Part shown: in pieces, positions 62,807-64,000 of the stretch
Position numbering within the stretch: position 1 is the stretch's first letter
Layout of the letters: each line of letters opens with the position of its first letter
From: Ptychomitrium polyphyllum
Taxonomy: Eukaryota
Reading direction: 5' to 3'
NCBI GenBank assembly: GCA_973851085.1
Contig: OZ316775.1
Location: 19,964,001-20,028,000 of the forward strand
Length of the DNA: 64,000 nucleotides
Notes under the pieces: generated by a model
Databases searched by the model: none
Seen by the model: the letters and a program-made list of their open reading frames with translations, nothing else
What the model was told of the DNA's origin: nothing
Program-made: the position numbers and the translations under genes

Positions 62807-64000
62807 TTTTGTATTTGGAACTTCGGACAGCATTTTCCAGAACTGAGGACAGAGTAAAATTATTGTATCTGACGTCCCCACATTCAGTGGGGTTGGTAAA
62901 TTCAGCATGATTAGAGTTTTGGTTTGTAACGTCAATTTACTGCAGTGGTGAAATGTGCAGGTCCATTTCTGTGAGGAGCGGCAAGGTTGTCTTAATTAAT
63001 CTTTAGCCCTCGAAGTCTTCGTCACTGATGGCTTGGGTAAGGTTCCGAGGAACCAGCCCATGACATGTCACGAAGGTTGAACTTGCCGTCACTTTGTCAG
63101 CCTGCCGACAGTTGCAAGAAACAGATGCACAAGAAAGGCTGATCGCAGAATGATCGATGGTGCACCTTGCAGTCGAAACACAGCTCGTTGCCTGCTTTGT
63201 TCCACAAACCAATAGTTCCTTACTCAAAACGCGTCAAAGAATCAAGGCAACATTCAAGCATTTTCTTGAATCCAGGTTTTCAACTACTTAGGATAGTCAC
63301 AAGATACGATGACTCATAGTCGGATTTCAATAGTATAGTGCTTTCTACATTATGTCATGTTCAAGGATGTGGTAAATTTCCAACTGGTTTGTTTTAATTT
63401 AAAATTCAAGCTCCATTTTCGATGAGTACTTTACGTAAATAGGGCCTTCATTACCTTATATTTTAACATGACAAAATTTTAATCTAAATATTCTATAAAC
63501 TTAAAGTTTGTATAATACAAAGACATCCATGAAATGGTGCTACTGTACTTGTTTTATAATTTTTGCATCACTTTTGCGACTTGTTTTGGTATTTGTAATA
63601 TGGTTTTAAGAGCTTTGCACTTGAAAAGTCATATAAAGTCAAAAACTTATAAATACTTTGAACAATTCAGAAAGGTGCATAATATGCTGTAGAATTACTA
63701 GGGGAAAAGAAATCATTGAAATTTTTTGATATTTGTTAATACTGCATAGCTTACACGTCCAGCAAGGCCATGGGCAGCTCGGTCCTGAAAGGGTTAATAA
63801 ACTTACCAATTTCACACAAACCTGGTCAACAAAACTTTGCTTCAGTTTAATTGTTGCTGACTTTTCGTGACGAAAGACTTTTGCCGCACTCTCGTGCTGG
63901 TGGTACGTACAGGTCGTACTTATTGACATTTTGACAGTTTCTGAATACAGTTTACACTATTATACATTCAGGAATTGCCGAGACAGTGAGACTGTGGGGT

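Overview
Eukaryotic, intron-rich plant nuclear DNA, most likely from a moss or other bryophyte; this is inferred from the gene types present, not from a taxonomic search. I reconstructed spliced gene models by hand using splice sites and codon phase. Apparently intact genes: the 3' end of a coiled-coil gene, an NPF (NRT1/PTR) transporter, a GT8 glycosyltransferase, a 116-aa single-exon protein, an intronless USE1 SNARE, a FRO6/7-type ferric reductase, an alpha2delta/CACHD1-like dCache-VWA membrane protein, and a peroxisomal SDR-MDR fusion oxidoreductase. Damaged or decayed genes: a serine carboxypeptidase-like gene, an alpha-expansin with a 1-nt frameshift, a protein kinase and an ABCB transporter. 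Two loci stand out. (1) 31928-37190 (-) fuses a trihelix (Myb/SANT-like) DNA-binding domain to a Ulp1/C48 SUMO-protease domain in which all three catalytic residues are replaced (His>Gln, Asp>Asn, Cys>Ala) while the protease exons stay in frame. It is a candidate DNA-tethered SUMO reader or trap; its first exon is frameshifted by an exact 20-bp duplication. (2) 50964-53939 (+) encodes a 604-aa type-I membrane protein with the alpha2delta/CACHD1 architecture and a largely conserved amino-acid-binding pocket, a candidate extracellular amino-acid sensor. No rRNA, tRNA or CRISPR array was recognised. Family assignments come from recalled motifs; no database search was run.
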